Shown: one piece after another, positions 1 through 12,694 of the stretch
Position numbering within the stretch: position 1 is the stretch's first letter
How the letters are laid out: each line of letters starts with the position of its first letter
DNA from: Octopus vulgaris
Taxonomy: Eukaryota
Direction of reading: 5' to 3'
Assembly (NCBI GenBank): GCA_951406725.2
Contig: OX597834.1
Span: forward strand, 28,830,001 to 28,894,000
DNA length: 64,000 nucleotides
Position numbers and translations under genes: made by a program
Notes under the pieces: generated by a model
What the model saw: the letters and a program-made list of their open reading frames with translations, nothing else
Told to the model about the DNA's origin: nothing
Databases searched by the model: none

Positions 1-524
1 ACATTTATACAACATGCACAAGAAATATCTAAACGAGGTAAAGATCGAGAAAGAAATGGGATCACATTTTTAAGCAGCCTAAAAACGACAGCTAAATAGT
101 TGAAATTTTAGATAGACTTTACGAAGTATTATATTTCAACGATTCAGAAAACGTGGGCCAATATAACACAATGAATCTTCATGGATGACTAAGGAATCTT
201 TTGCAATTTCCAATAGATGAGGGAAATTGAGTGCAGTTGTTGCCATGGTAGTGAAGTGATCTGATCAATGCGAGTAGAAGCTGAAAATTTTTTATATAAA
301 CGCCATCTTTTCATTCTTGATTTATTGTAATTTTCGTTTTCTTTTAAACTTTTAATTCATTCAAGTCACGTCCTCCCACGTCTTTGTACACCTTATTATC
401 CGCGCCCAGTCCCCGTCTTCATAAGAGCTCGGTTTAAATCTGTTTAAGGTTTATTTGTTTTTCTTTCTTTTCTTTCTTTTTTTTTTCTTTATTTCTGTAT
501 TTCTTCGACTCCTTGTGGCGTTGT

Positions 525-735
525 TGGGATTTGCAGAATCGTCAGCCGCATCAGAAAAAAAATTCTTTGCCGTATTTGTTCCGGCTTTTTAATTTCTGAT
601 GCCAAATCTCGCCGGGGTTAACTTCCCCTTTCATCCTTCCGGGATCGATAAAACAGAATACCAGCCGAGTGCAAGGAACGATTTAATCGACAGCCTCCTC
701 GCACAAAATTTCAGGGCTATAGTAGAAATTATCAC
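525..735 (+). mobile_element. Degenerate SINE family A (tRNA-derived, Meta-domain-like)
   Basis: Diverged cctttcatccttccgggatcgataaaa core. Confidence 0.65.
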
Positions 736-808
736 CATGATCATCATCATCATCATCATCATCATCATTATTATTATTATTACCATTCTGCGTTCTGAAT
801 ATAAATTC

Positions 809-1228
809 CTTATTTCTTTACTACCCACAAGGGGCTAAACATAGAGGGGACAAACAAGGACAGACAAACGGATTAAGTCGATTACATCAACCCCAGTGCG
901 TAACTGGTACTTAATTTATCGACCCCGAAAGGATGAAAGGCAAAGTCGACCTCGCCGGAATTTAAACTCAGAACATAGCAGCAGACGAAATACATATTTC
1001 TTTACTACCCCACAAGGGGCTAAACACAGAGAGGACAAACAAGGGCAGACAAACGGATTAAGTCGATTATATCGACCCCAGTGCGTAACCGGTAGTTATT
1101 TAATCGACCCCGAAAGGATGAAAGGCAAAGTCGACCTCGACGGAATTTGAACTCAGAACGTAACGGCAGACGAAATACCGCTAAGCATTTCGCCCGGCGT
1201 GCTAACGTTTCTGCCAGCTCGCCGCCTT
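809..1228 (-). mobile_element. SINE family A partial dimer inserted antisense into an older + strand copy (host about 785-808 and 1229-1385)
   Basis: Head ggcggcgagctggcagaaacgttag, B-box gagttcaaattcc, core gcctttcatcctttcggggtcgat. Flanked by the direct repeat ttctgaatataaattc. Confidence 0.9.
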
Positions 1229-1383
1229 TCTGAATATAAATTCTGAATATAAATTCCGTCGAGGTCGTCTTTGCCTTTCATCCTTTCGGGATCGATAAAA
1301 TAAGTACCCGTTGAACACCGGAATCGATGTAATAGTCTCATCCCCTCCTCCAAAATTACCTACCTTGTGACAAAATTTGAGGC

Positions 1384-1426
<43 letters not shown>

Positions 1427-1980
1427 GAGTGAGAGAGCAGTTCATGCCATCAAAGTGACACTGGGGTAAAATATACGAAGCCCAATATACCCATCATGAC
1501 TACCCGTCTGATAAGGGTACACCAGGCACATGCATCACAACCATATGTGCGCGACATGGTGATCTCATATCAAGATAAACAGCACATGACCTTGCAGGTG
1601 GGGCCCAGTTAGAATTTTCTTCAGGTCGAGTAGCCCATCCTGCTCAAAAGGTCCATGAATAAGGGTTGCTTTAGGATGTTGAACGAAACACCCATGTTTC
1701 CAGAGGGGAATTATTCAAACTCCAAAGAATCCCTCTCAACACATGGCTATGATGCTCCCCCACTACTTCTGCTCATGATCAGAGATGCACGTATTGTCAG
1801 CCACTAAGGGACATGCTCAACTGGTTAAGGTCAAACAACTGACGAGCAAATCTGTGGTATTGAGCAGAATATTTGCTGTAGCCCATCTTTTATACCAAGA
1901 CAAAACAATGTACATGATGACACTTCCAATCAGTTAAGATCAGAAGCCATGAGAGCCACTGCCTGGTACTGCATCAGAGC

Positions 1981-1983
<3 letters not shown>
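1427..1983. mobile_element. Interspersed repeat (family E) inserted in an (ATT)n microsatellite
   Basis: (ATT)n on both sides. An inverted, diverged fragment recurs at about 38965-39120 and 40230-40385. Confidence 0.7.
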
Positions 1984-2065
<82 letters not shown>

Positions 2066-2194
2066 AAATTCTGGCCCTTGTGCCTAGATTAGAAAATATT
2101 ACTATTATTATTGTTGTTGTTGTTGTTGTTGTTGTTCGTGTTGTTTTTTATAATTATTAATATTCATTTCATTAATATACATTTTTAGTGTGGG

Positions 2195-2690
2195 GATTGC
2201 AGATTGGCGGAACCGCCAGAGCGTCAAGCAAAAATACCTTACAATATTTAGTTGCTATTCTTTACGTTCTGACTTCAGATCCCAAGAGGAGGATGTTAGC
2301 TTTCTCTTTCATCTTTCCGGCATCGATAAAATAAAGTGCTAGCCAAGTATAGGGGGGGGGGTCGATATAATCGATTATCTTTTCCATCGAACCAAATTTC
2401 TAACCTTCTGCCTACGTATATGAATGGATGCGTGTTTGTTTTTTCTTGTTGATTTCATCGTTTTAATCCAGGTTAATCCGACCCCACAGCTTCTTGCGGT
2501 CAGCATTTTGCAACTATAGGGCAGCGAGCTGACAAAATTATATAAACACGTCAGGCGAAATGCTGAGCGGCATTTCGAGTTCGAATGCTGCCAGAGTCAA
2601 CTTTGCCTTTCGTCCGTTCAGGTTCGATAAAATAAGCACCTGATGACCACTGGGATCGATGTAATCGATTTACCTGCTTTGCACAAAAAT
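2195..2690 (+). mobile_element. Two degenerate SINE family A copies
   Basis: Diverged head and tttcatc...cgataaaataag cores. Confidence 0.6.
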
Positions 2691-3014
2691 TAATCCCTAC
2701 CCCGATATCGCTGTCCGAGTCCAAACTCTATACTCCCCCACTACCTAAGTCTTGGGCCCCTGTGGTCAAGAAAAAAAAAAGACATCATTGTGAGTCTTCT
2801 AAAAGAGAAAAAAGAAAACAAAAATGTTGGCAAAAATTGCCTTCGCTGTGTTTTAGTTGCGGCTCATCAATACACGGCTCCACCAAAAAGGAATACGTGG
2901 TTCCGGGTTCACTTCCACCACACGGCTTCTTGGGCAAGTGTTTTACATTATGACCTCGAACCAACCAAAGCCTTGTGAGTGGATTTGGTAGACGGAAACT
3001 GAAAGAACTCTATC

Positions 3015-3588
<574 letters not shown>

Positions 3589-3811
3589 ATAGAAATGCAA
3601 TACGAAAGTATTGCATTCCAGTAAAAGATAACCCGTAAGGGTAAAATTATACATATCAAAGTAAATAAATGGTACAACGATCGCTATTTTCCAGTAAATA
3701 TCGGTACTTCGTTGTACCATTTATTTACTTTGATATATATATATATTTATATATATGCATGTATGTATGTGCGTGTGCATGTATGTATGTGTGCGTCTGT
3801 ATGTGTGTATG

Positions 3812-3843
<32 letters not shown>

Positions 3844-3945
3844 CGTACAAACGTGTTACCAGTTCAAACATACTTGAAGCATATTCGAACCTGTAAAAAA
3901 CGTCATTCGCTGTATTTTGTCGTGGAGTAAATTTCTCGCTGTAAA

Positions 3946-4046
3946 CAAAGTCGACCTCGGCGGGATTTGAACTCAGAACGTAGCGACAGACGAAATACCT
4001 CTAAGCATTTCGCCCGGCGTGCTAACGATTCTGCCAGCTCACCGCC
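3946..4046 (-). mobile_element. SINE family A 5' fragment
   Basis: aaagtcgacctcggcgggatttgaactcagaacg...ctgccagctc. Confidence 0.85.
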
Positions 4047-4444
4047 ATATACCGGGTCAGCTCACAGAGCCACCTAACCAGACTGCCAGCTCATCGCCAC
4101 CACCACCAAATCTTGGTATACTAAGGTAAAGGTATTAAATAAATCTATGAACATAAAAGCAACTTAAGGTTAGCATTGTACCCGTTCCCTTTTCAATCCT
4201 CACAAGCCCACCACCTCAGACTCATTCCTTCTGAGATTGTTGTCGTTGCCTTAGCATGAGGAGTTCAATCTCTGTTGGAGCTGACTTTGTCTTTTAATCG
4301 CTACATTCTCGTTTAGCTAATCGATAACCAATTACTAGCTATGTGCTAGACTTAATCGATGTTTCGTCCAGGTCACTGACCGGCCAATATTTTACTCTTT
4401 TTCTGTTGAAAGTCTTTGGAGACCCTAAGAGGGAAAAAAACAAG

Positions 4445-5055
4445 GGCAGAAGTGACAGTGTGGTAAGAAGTGTGTTTTCTAACCACATGGTTCCAGGTTC
4501 AGCCCCACTGCGTGACACCTTGAGCAGGTGTCTTCTACTATATCCTCAGGCCGCCTAGTGATTGGATTTGGTAGACAGAAACTGAAAGAAACTCGTCATG
4601 TATATATATATATGTATGTATGATGTATGTATGTATACTCTTTTACTCTTTTACTTGTTTCAGTCATTTGACTGCGGCCATGCTGGAGCACCGCCTTTAG
4701 TCGAGCAAATCGACCCCGGGATTTATTCTTTGTAAGCCCAGTACTTATTCTATCGGTCTCTTTTGCCGAACCGCTAAGTGACGGGGACGTAAACACACCA
4801 GCATTGGTTGTCAAGCAATGCGAGGGGGACAAACACAGACACACAAACACATACACACACATACATATATATATAAACATATACATATGTACGACAGGCT
4901 TCTTTCAGTTTCCGTCTACCAAATCCACTCACAAGTCATTGGTCGGCCCGGGGCTATAGCAGGAGACACTTGCCCAAGATGCCACGCAGTGGGACTGAAC
5001 CCGGAACCATGTGGTTGGTTAGCAAGCTACTTACCACACAGCCACTCCTGCGCCT
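4445..5055. mobile_element. SINE family B (tRNA-derived, CORE-like): partial + copy 4445-4600 and full - copy 4637-5055
   Basis: Head ggcgcaggagtggctgtgtggtaag, B-box ggttcagtccc, CORE-like tgcgtggcatcttgggcaagtg, internal microsatellite, tail (gtaaaaga)n. Confidence 0.9.
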
Positions 5056-5311
5056 ATATGTATGTATATATGTATGTATCATTGATATCATGGAAAAGTA
5101 TCGTAAGTTCAAAACGTTGCTTTTTCGGAAAACGAAAAAGTAGTTTCACCATTCCATAGCAAAACCATTGTATTACACTTTGACAATTAAAGAAGCTGGA
5201 GATACGATAGTTTGACCTAAAGGATCAACTATTCCAAGCAAAACTAAATACTGAAAAAAAAACCGCATATTACTAAATTTGGACATACGACAGTTTAACA
5301 TAATAGCAACT

Positions 5312-5344
<33 letters not shown>

Positions 5345-5348
<4 letters not shown>

Positions 5349-5775
5349 GGGAGAGTTCACGAGAAAAACAAAAGACGAAGACAGGTGGTGTACAAAACAA
5401 ACAGATGTATTAGTATAACGCTCAGGAATAGAAAAAGTATTTTACGTTTCGAGCCTACGCTCTTCTACAGAAAGGTACACAGAAAGAAACAAGGAGAGAA
5501 AAAAATGTGTGTAGTGGCTAACGATTAATCATGGCAGATAAATAGATAAAACTTACTTGGAAAACGAAGTCGCGTGTTGTCCTTGCCTTCGAACCGTGGA
5601 GTAGATGAAACAAGGACAACTGAAGAAGGGGAATATTCTTAATGTTGTATGTCTCGTTTCTCTATTTGTTTTTTTTTCGTTGTTCGAAAAAAAAGGTCGT
5701 TTCTATGTTTTTGTTTCTATGTTTTCGTTTCTCATTGTGTTCAACTTTTTTTTTATGTTCTGTACCCATATATGC
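5345..5775. mobile_element. Two oppositely oriented Penelope-like terminal fragments
   Basis: Minus strand has the hammerhead-like ctgtagaa-gagc-gtag-gctc-gaaacg; plus strand has a ctgaaga relic at about 5620. A paralog lies at 45910-46230. Confidence 0.6.
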
Positions 5776-5858
5776 ATGTATATATACATATATATGTAGG
5801 TATGTACATATATATATGTATATATGCATATATTTATGTATTATTTACATATATATTT

Positions 5859-6013
<155 letters not shown>

Positions 6014-6029
6014 TGGGGGAGGTTGTGTC

Positions 6030-6245
6030 TATGATTGTCCCCCACCAGCGCTTATCAACTGGTGTTGGTGTGTTTACGTCTTCGTAAGTTAGCAGTTCGG
6101 CAAACGTCGACTGAATAAGTAGCAGGCATTAATAGAAAAAAAACCCCAGAAAAAATAAGTAATGGGGCCAATTCGTTCGACTAAAATTTTTCAAGGCGGT
6201 ACCCCGGCATGGCCGCAATCTAATAACTGAAACAAGTAAGAGATA
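6030..6245 (+). mobile_element. SINE family B 3' part
   Basis: ggtgtgtttacgtc...gcatggccgca...tgaaacaagtaa. Confidence 0.75.
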
Positions 6246-6566
6246 AACGATGAAATATAGAGGATAGAAGATGAATGCGGTGGGCGTTGCTCTTTTTCCT
6301 CTCGCCAAAAGATCAAAGCAGCATGGTCGTTTAGTAATGGGCATTACAATTAATATTACAACATGGCTTCAAGAACTGTTCTTGTTATGGTGGTTATTAA
6401 TATCGTTTTGCTTTTGGTGCTTATATAATTTTTCTCTGTTTTGTTTCTATACTGTTTCTGACCGTTCTTGTTATTTATATTCTGCTGCTGCTGCTGCTAC
6501 TGCTGCTGTTGTTGTTGTTGCTGTTGTTACTGTGATTGTTTTATCGTTGTTTATTATTAGCTATGT

Positions 6567-6955
6567 GTGGAGGCGCAATGGCCCAGTGGTTAGGGCAGCG
6601 GACCATCGGTCGTAGGATCGCGGTTTCGATTTCCAGACCGGGCGTTGTGAGTGTTTATTGAGCGAAAACACCTAAAAAGCTCCACGAGGCTCCGACAGGG
6701 GATGGTGGTGACCCCTGCTGTACTCTTTCACCACAACTTTCTCTCACTCTTACTTCCTGTTTCTGTTGTACCTGTATTTCAAAGGGCCGGCCTTGTCACT
6801 CTCTGTGTCACGCTGAATATCCCCGAGAACTACGTTAAGGGTACACGTGTCTGTGGAGTGCTCAGCCACTTACACATTAATTTCACGAGCAGGCTGTTCC
6901 GTTGATCGGATCAACCGGAACCCTCGTCGTCGTAACCGACGGAGGGCTTCCATCC
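6567..6955 (+). mobile_element. SINE family C (tRNA-derived head, resembles published octopus OR-type SINEs), tail type a
   Basis: A-box tggcccagtgg, B-box ggtttcgatttcc, (atcc) tail, 11-bp TSD attagctatgt. Confidence 0.9.
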
Positions 6956-6964
6956 ATTAGCTAT

Positions 6965-7875
6965 GTATTCAAACTCCGCCGAGTTCGACTTTGCCTTTCA
7001 TCCTTTCGGTGGGGGTGGGGGGCGATAAATTAAGTACCAGTGAAACACTGGGGTCGATGATGTAATCGACTAGTCTCCTCCCTCTTGTTCTTACTATAGA
7101 AAGGATTATTAACTTTCTTTTTTTTTTTTTTGTAAGCTATACCAGCAGAACACTAAGTCTTGGTGGGACCACATGTTCTGGACAGGCCCAAGAATAGAGG
7201 TCAAACTCAAACTAACATGGACTGCTTCAGAGGTAAAAAGAGAGTTGTGAAAGGCAGCGAGCTGACAGAAACGTTAGCATGCCGGGCGAAATGCGTAGCC
7301 GTATTTCGTTTGCCGTTACGTTCTGAGTTCAAATTCCGCCGAGGTCGGACTTTGCCTTTCATCCTTTCGGGGTCGATAAATAAGTACCAGTTATGCACTG
7401 GAGTCGATATAATCGACTTAATCCGTTTGTCTGTCCTTGTTTGTGCCCTCTACGTTTAGCCCCTTGTGAGTAGTAAAGAAATAGGTATTTCGTCTGCCGC
7501 TACATTCTGAGTTCAAATTCCGGCGAGGTCAACTTTGACTTTCATCCTTTCGGGATCGATAAAGTAAGTAGCAGTTGAACACTGGGGTCGATGTAATCGA
7601 CTTAACCCCTCCCCGAAATTGCTGGCCTTGTGCCAAAATTTGAAACCATAATTAGTTTTGCTTTTGTGGGGGGGAGGGGGTCTAGTTTTCACAATGTTGT
7701 TTTAATCGATGTTTTTATTATTTGTGTTGTTGAAGGCGGTAACCTGGTAGGACGGTCAGTAGGCTGGACGAAATTCTTAGCGGCATTTCTGATACTTAAC
7801 GTTCTGAGTTCAAATCCCTCCGAGGTCGGCATTGTCCTTTGTCCTTTTGGGGTCGATAAAATGAGTACCAGTTAA
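6965..7875 (+). mobile_element. Cluster of SINE family A copies, including a head-to-tail partial dimer at 7251-7650
   Basis: Repeated Meta-like cores; junction aaagaaata|ggtatttcgtctgcc. Confidence 0.85.
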
Positions 7876-8049
7876 TTAAAACACCAGCAACCAATGTGTC
7901 ACGCATGGTTTAACATTACATGTGAAATTTGGCTACTATATTTAGCACGTCGAGTGACCTCTTACAGGTTCTTGTTGTTACTACTGTTGCTATCTCGTTT
8001 GAGAGCGTTTTCCATTTATTAATAGCTTTATTGCTGCTGTTGTTACCCT

Positions 8050-8082
8050 TAATGCTGCTGCTGCTGCTGTTGTTGTTGTTGT

Positions 8083-8134
<52 letters not shown>

Positions 8135-8380
8135 GGTGGTGGTGGTGGTGGTGATGATGATGGTGGTGGTGGTGGTGGTGGTTGTGGTGGTGGTTGTGGT
8201 GGTGGTGGTGGTGGTGGTGGTGACGGTGGTGGTGGTGGTGGTTGTGATGGTGGTGGTGGTGGTGGTTGTGGTGGTGGTGGTGGTGGTGGTGGTGGTGGTG
8301 GTGGGTGGTGGTGGTGGTGATGATGATGATGATGATGATGGTGGGTGATGATGGTGATGGTGATGATGATGATGATGTTA
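8050..8380. repeat. (GCT/GTT/GAT/GGT)n compound microsatellite
   Basis: Seen directly. Confidence 0.95.
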
Positions 8381-8668
8381 TTATTGTCCTACTGAGATCA
8401 ATGGAAGCTGTGATAAACATCTCCCCCGAACGTATTGCATTCAATAACTGTGGATGGTTCGGAAAAAATATCGATATTGATTGATAAAATAGATACATAC
8501 ACACCCACACAAAACATACATACACACGCGCGTGCGCGCATTAGATACATTACACGCATATATACAGACATGAACATATATAGTAACGTTGGAGCTGTCA
8601 AATGATGAATAACATGCATTCATTGAAGAAGGGATGAAGGGATTCAACAGTATTAGTAGAGTCAAATA

Positions 8669-8718
<50 letters not shown>

Positions 8719-9629
8719 ATCTCTATCTCTCTCTATATATATAACCATTTGCAAGCCAAAATAATAATCGTGCAGGCATACCATTAAACGATAAATTAAA
8801 GACATATAATAAGTGCACAAACAAACGGGAAACAGACACAGAAGGTCACCAAATCTTCATCAGTGATCGGCCAGAGGAGCAAACGCAATTTCGTGCCTTA
8901 ACGATAATAATATTTAATCCCCCTCTGGTGGCTCCAAAACAATGGCGAGCCAAAAAAAAATAAAAACGAAGGACCAGATATGACAGGAAATGAACAAACG
9001 GACAAGAAGTAAACAACTATGCGATACAGAAAGTGAACATACAAATAGAGACAGTTAGTGAACAGACGAGTGACAAAGACGAAAACAGACAGGACTGAAA
9101 ATATATTATGTTGTAATCCAACATTTAATATATTATGTCATTGAGTTCAAATTCTGCAGATGTCGCCTTTGCTTTTTATCCTTTCGGGGTCGATAAAATA
9201 AGTGCAGCTGAGAACTAAGGTCCATTTAATCGACCTTCCCCAGACCATAAAATTTCAGGCCTTGTACCTATAGTAGAAAAGATTATATTAGATTATATTA
9301 TATTATATTATATTATACTCACTGCTATATTCAGTGTTACATTATATATTATAGACGAGCAAAATGCCTCCCTGTACAATGGACGGTGCTGAGTTGTCAA
9401 ATATTTAAACCAAATTTTCTCAAAACAACTTGTCCAACCGTCCCATAGGCCTCCCTTTTGAGAAACACTGATTTAGCCTAAATTTGAGACACCAGCAAAA
9501 GAAGAAATAAAGATAGACTTTTTCCTATTCCAAAGAAAAACGATTTTATTCACACAAATATGCAACCGAAGAGTTTAAAGTACCAGTAATGATAAGGCTA
9601 TTGACTGGGAGAACGGCTTTATCGATCGC

Positions 9630-9786
9630 ATTCTCACCTGGAATCGATTTTTGTAATGTTTTCAAGACTTATACATACCAGTCGGTATCTACATATCAAA
9701 TTTGAGCGTAATCGGATGGAGGATGCCCGAGATCCAAGAAGACACACAGACAGACAGACAGACAGAACGGATTTTATATAATAGAT
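9630..9786 (-). mobile_element. Non-autonomous Helitron-like 5' fragment
   Basis: Minus strand starts tctattatataaaatccgttctgtctgtctgtc, typical of Helitron/HINE 5' ends. Confidence 0.5.
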
Positions 9787-9788
9787 TA

Positions 9789-10108
9789 TACGAGGTTTGA
9801 TCAACAAGTATCCGGACTGTTGCCATAGTAACGAAGTTAAAGCACGGAGAGTGAAGCTGCTTGGCACAGATTGACCTTGAACTCTGTTGTGCATGCGCAC
9901 TAAGTTTTAATGTTCTAGTTCACTTTCATTGTTTACAGCAGTACTTGGAAGGAAGGTGTGTAGTGTTTGATCGTCGCATTGACCATGACAGAAAGCTGTC
10001 GTGGCGATACCCGCTCGGAGGCCTATGCAAAATTGCAGAAAGTGAATGGAGAGGGGTGTATGAGCCGCACACAAGTGTACGAATGGTTCAGACACTTCTT
10101 AGATGACC
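9789..10108 (+). mobile_element. Mariner 5' fragment (TIR plus transposase HTH relic)
   Basis: TA-cgagg...aagtatccggac terminus; peptide EAYAKLQKVNGEGCMSRTQVYEWFRHF. Confidence 0.8.
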
Positions 10109-11043
10109 TCATGTCGTATGTAGGAAGTTTGCTGGAGGAAATTCACTTGTATTTAATAAAACAGATCTCTCCACAACACAAAAACACCCTTACAGACTAG
10201 TATACCCCTTCTGTATTTTATCGTCTGTAGGACAGTTGGTTCCATACTTTCATTCCCTACGTCATTGTATCAAACGTCACGTGTTTTATTCCACTATCTA
10301 TCCAGTCCGACATCTGGACACAATGGACACAGCCTCACGTTGTCCACTGGATTGACAGACCAAAATGTGAAGATGTTGATAAGAAGATATTGTATCTAGA
10401 TATCGAGTGGATAGATAGACACAGAGTGCATTATCAACCAGCGAAGAGACAAAAGAAACAGTAAGATTATACATGTTGATTTTATTAGGTATTTCTGTTT
10501 ATTTAGAAACCTACAATGAACAGGTCATGTCACAGACGCTAAATTATAAATTTCACAGGGTACAACCTTAAAGTTGACACCGCTTCGCTATACGGATTTC
10601 TGTCTCGCTATTAACTAAAAATACAGAGTTTTCCTATTTTAAAAACCTCTGTAAATTTTTCCTCCAATGTTTTTCTCCACAACCTTCATAGCAATGAGAC
10701 AGGAAGATTATATTATTATAGCCGATTTTCAGATTTCTTACTTCCTTTTAAAAAATAGATATTTTACGAATGAAAAAACTAGATCCCGTAAAGGCTAGTA
10801 CCGCAGTTTGTGACCGTTGGGTTGAGGGTTTCTTTGTATGTTTTTGTTCCTGTTCTTGACCACCAGACAGAAGATAGACTGTTTTTACTTCAAAATTTTC
10901 TAATTTTTATAAATTTTTACTAATATTTGATGAGATGGAATACATCGAAACCGGTAATATTAATATTTTTATTAAATTTCCTCTTAAACTGAAATGTCTT
11001 AGACCTAATTCTATGCTATTTCCACCTCCATCTTTTATATATA

Positions 11044-11093
<50 letters not shown>

Positions 11094-11142
11094 GCATGTA
11101 TTTCTGTGTACATATATGTATGCATATATGTGTTTGTGTGTG

Positions 11143-11198
<56 letters not shown>

Positions 11199-11887
11199 GG
11201 TGAGAGAGAATGAGGGGAGGTCACTATTTACTTCCTTTCGATGTCTCTTCCTCTCCGGCTCTCTCAGCTACATCACATTTCCACGCAAACACACACATAC
11301 AGAAACACATACACTGTGGTTACTTTTTTACACTTGCAGGGAGAGATAAGACCGCGATAATTGAATGGAAGTTGTGATGGTATCGGTGGAGGAAGAGAAG
11401 GAGGGGGAGGCGGCGACGGCATAGGAAGAGGAAGAAGAAGGAAAAAGAAGAAAGCTATTGATAGTGTGGATTCAATAAAAGAAAAGGAAGGAAATATACG
11501 TATCCGTATGTGTGTGTGTGTGTGTGTGTGATCTACATATATGTTTGCGTGTGTAATTGTTTGTATGTGCATGTGTCTGTGTATGTCTATGCATGTGTGT
11601 GTTTATGTGTCTGTGTGCAAAAATATCCACAAGAGGTTGGCGATGTATTGACGGAACGTTCCAGTATTCTGTGCAGACAAACCCATGTTAGTTTCTCTTG
11701 GATTCTTTTGATGCTTCTCGTCAGACGAGACTAAAATAATACACAGCTAATTCCAGTCGCAAAATCAATTTAGCGAACGCTGCCAGAATCGCCCAAGCTG
11801 GACAACCATAATACATGGTTGACGCAATTTGCCTCATTCTTTAAACGCATCGACTCAGATATAAATGGTTCCATGGCACGAACAAAT

Positions 11888-11999
11888 TCTCTTCCTTTCT
11901 CATTCTTCATCCTTTCTCTCTCTCTCTCTCTCCCACTCTTTCTTCCTCTCTCTTTCTCTCTCTCTTTTGCTTATTTTTCTTCCTTCTCTTTCTCTCTTT

Positions 12000-12039
<40 letters not shown>

Positions 12040-12098
12040 ATTCTTTCTTCCCCCTTTCTCTCTCTCCCTTGCTTATTTTTCTTCCTTCTTTTCTTTCT

Positions 12099-12129
<31 letters not shown>

Positions 12130-12694
12130 CCACTCTTTCTTCCCCCTTTCTCTCTCTCTCTTGCTTATTTTTCTTCCTTCTTTTCTTTCTCTCCTTTATC
12201 TCTCTCTCTCTCTCTCTCTCCCACTCTTTCTTCCCCCTTTCTCTCTCTCTCTTGCTTATTTTTCTTCCTTCTTTTCTTTCTCTCCTTTATCTCTCTCTCT
12301 CTCCCACTCTTTCTTCCCCCCTTCTCTCTCTCTCTCTTGCTTATTTTTCTTCCTTCTCTTTCTCTCTTTTCTTTCTCTCTCTCTCTTTCTCTCTCTCTCT
12401 GTTTACTTTTCTCTCATCCTCTCCTTCGTCCCTTCCACTTTCTGTCTCTTCCTTTCTCCTTCTCTTTTTCTATCTCCCTTTCCCTCTCACTTTCTCTCTT
12501 TTCCTTCTCTCTTTCTCTCTCCCTCTCTCTCTATCTTTCTATCTACCTGCTTTTCTCTCTCATTCCCTCTTTTTTCTTATTTCTCCTTTTCTCCCTTTTC
12601 CTCCTGTCTTTCTTTCTGTCTACTTCTTTCTCCCTCTCTCTCTCCCTCCCTCCATCTCTCCCTCCCTCCATCTCTCTTTCCCTTTCTCTCTTTT

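Noticed and set aside
1-99. Short open frames on the + strand (TFIQHAQEISKRG...)
   Set aside because: Truncated by the window edge; two frames are similarly open and no homology is recognisable.
6567-6640. tRNA-like sequences with A and B boxes (also the heads of families A and B)
   Set aside because: No complete cloverleaf; they continue into SINE bodies with tails and TSDs.
8850-8900. ctgatga and gaaa on the minus strand
   Set aside because: The order and pairing could not be assembled into any hammerhead topology.
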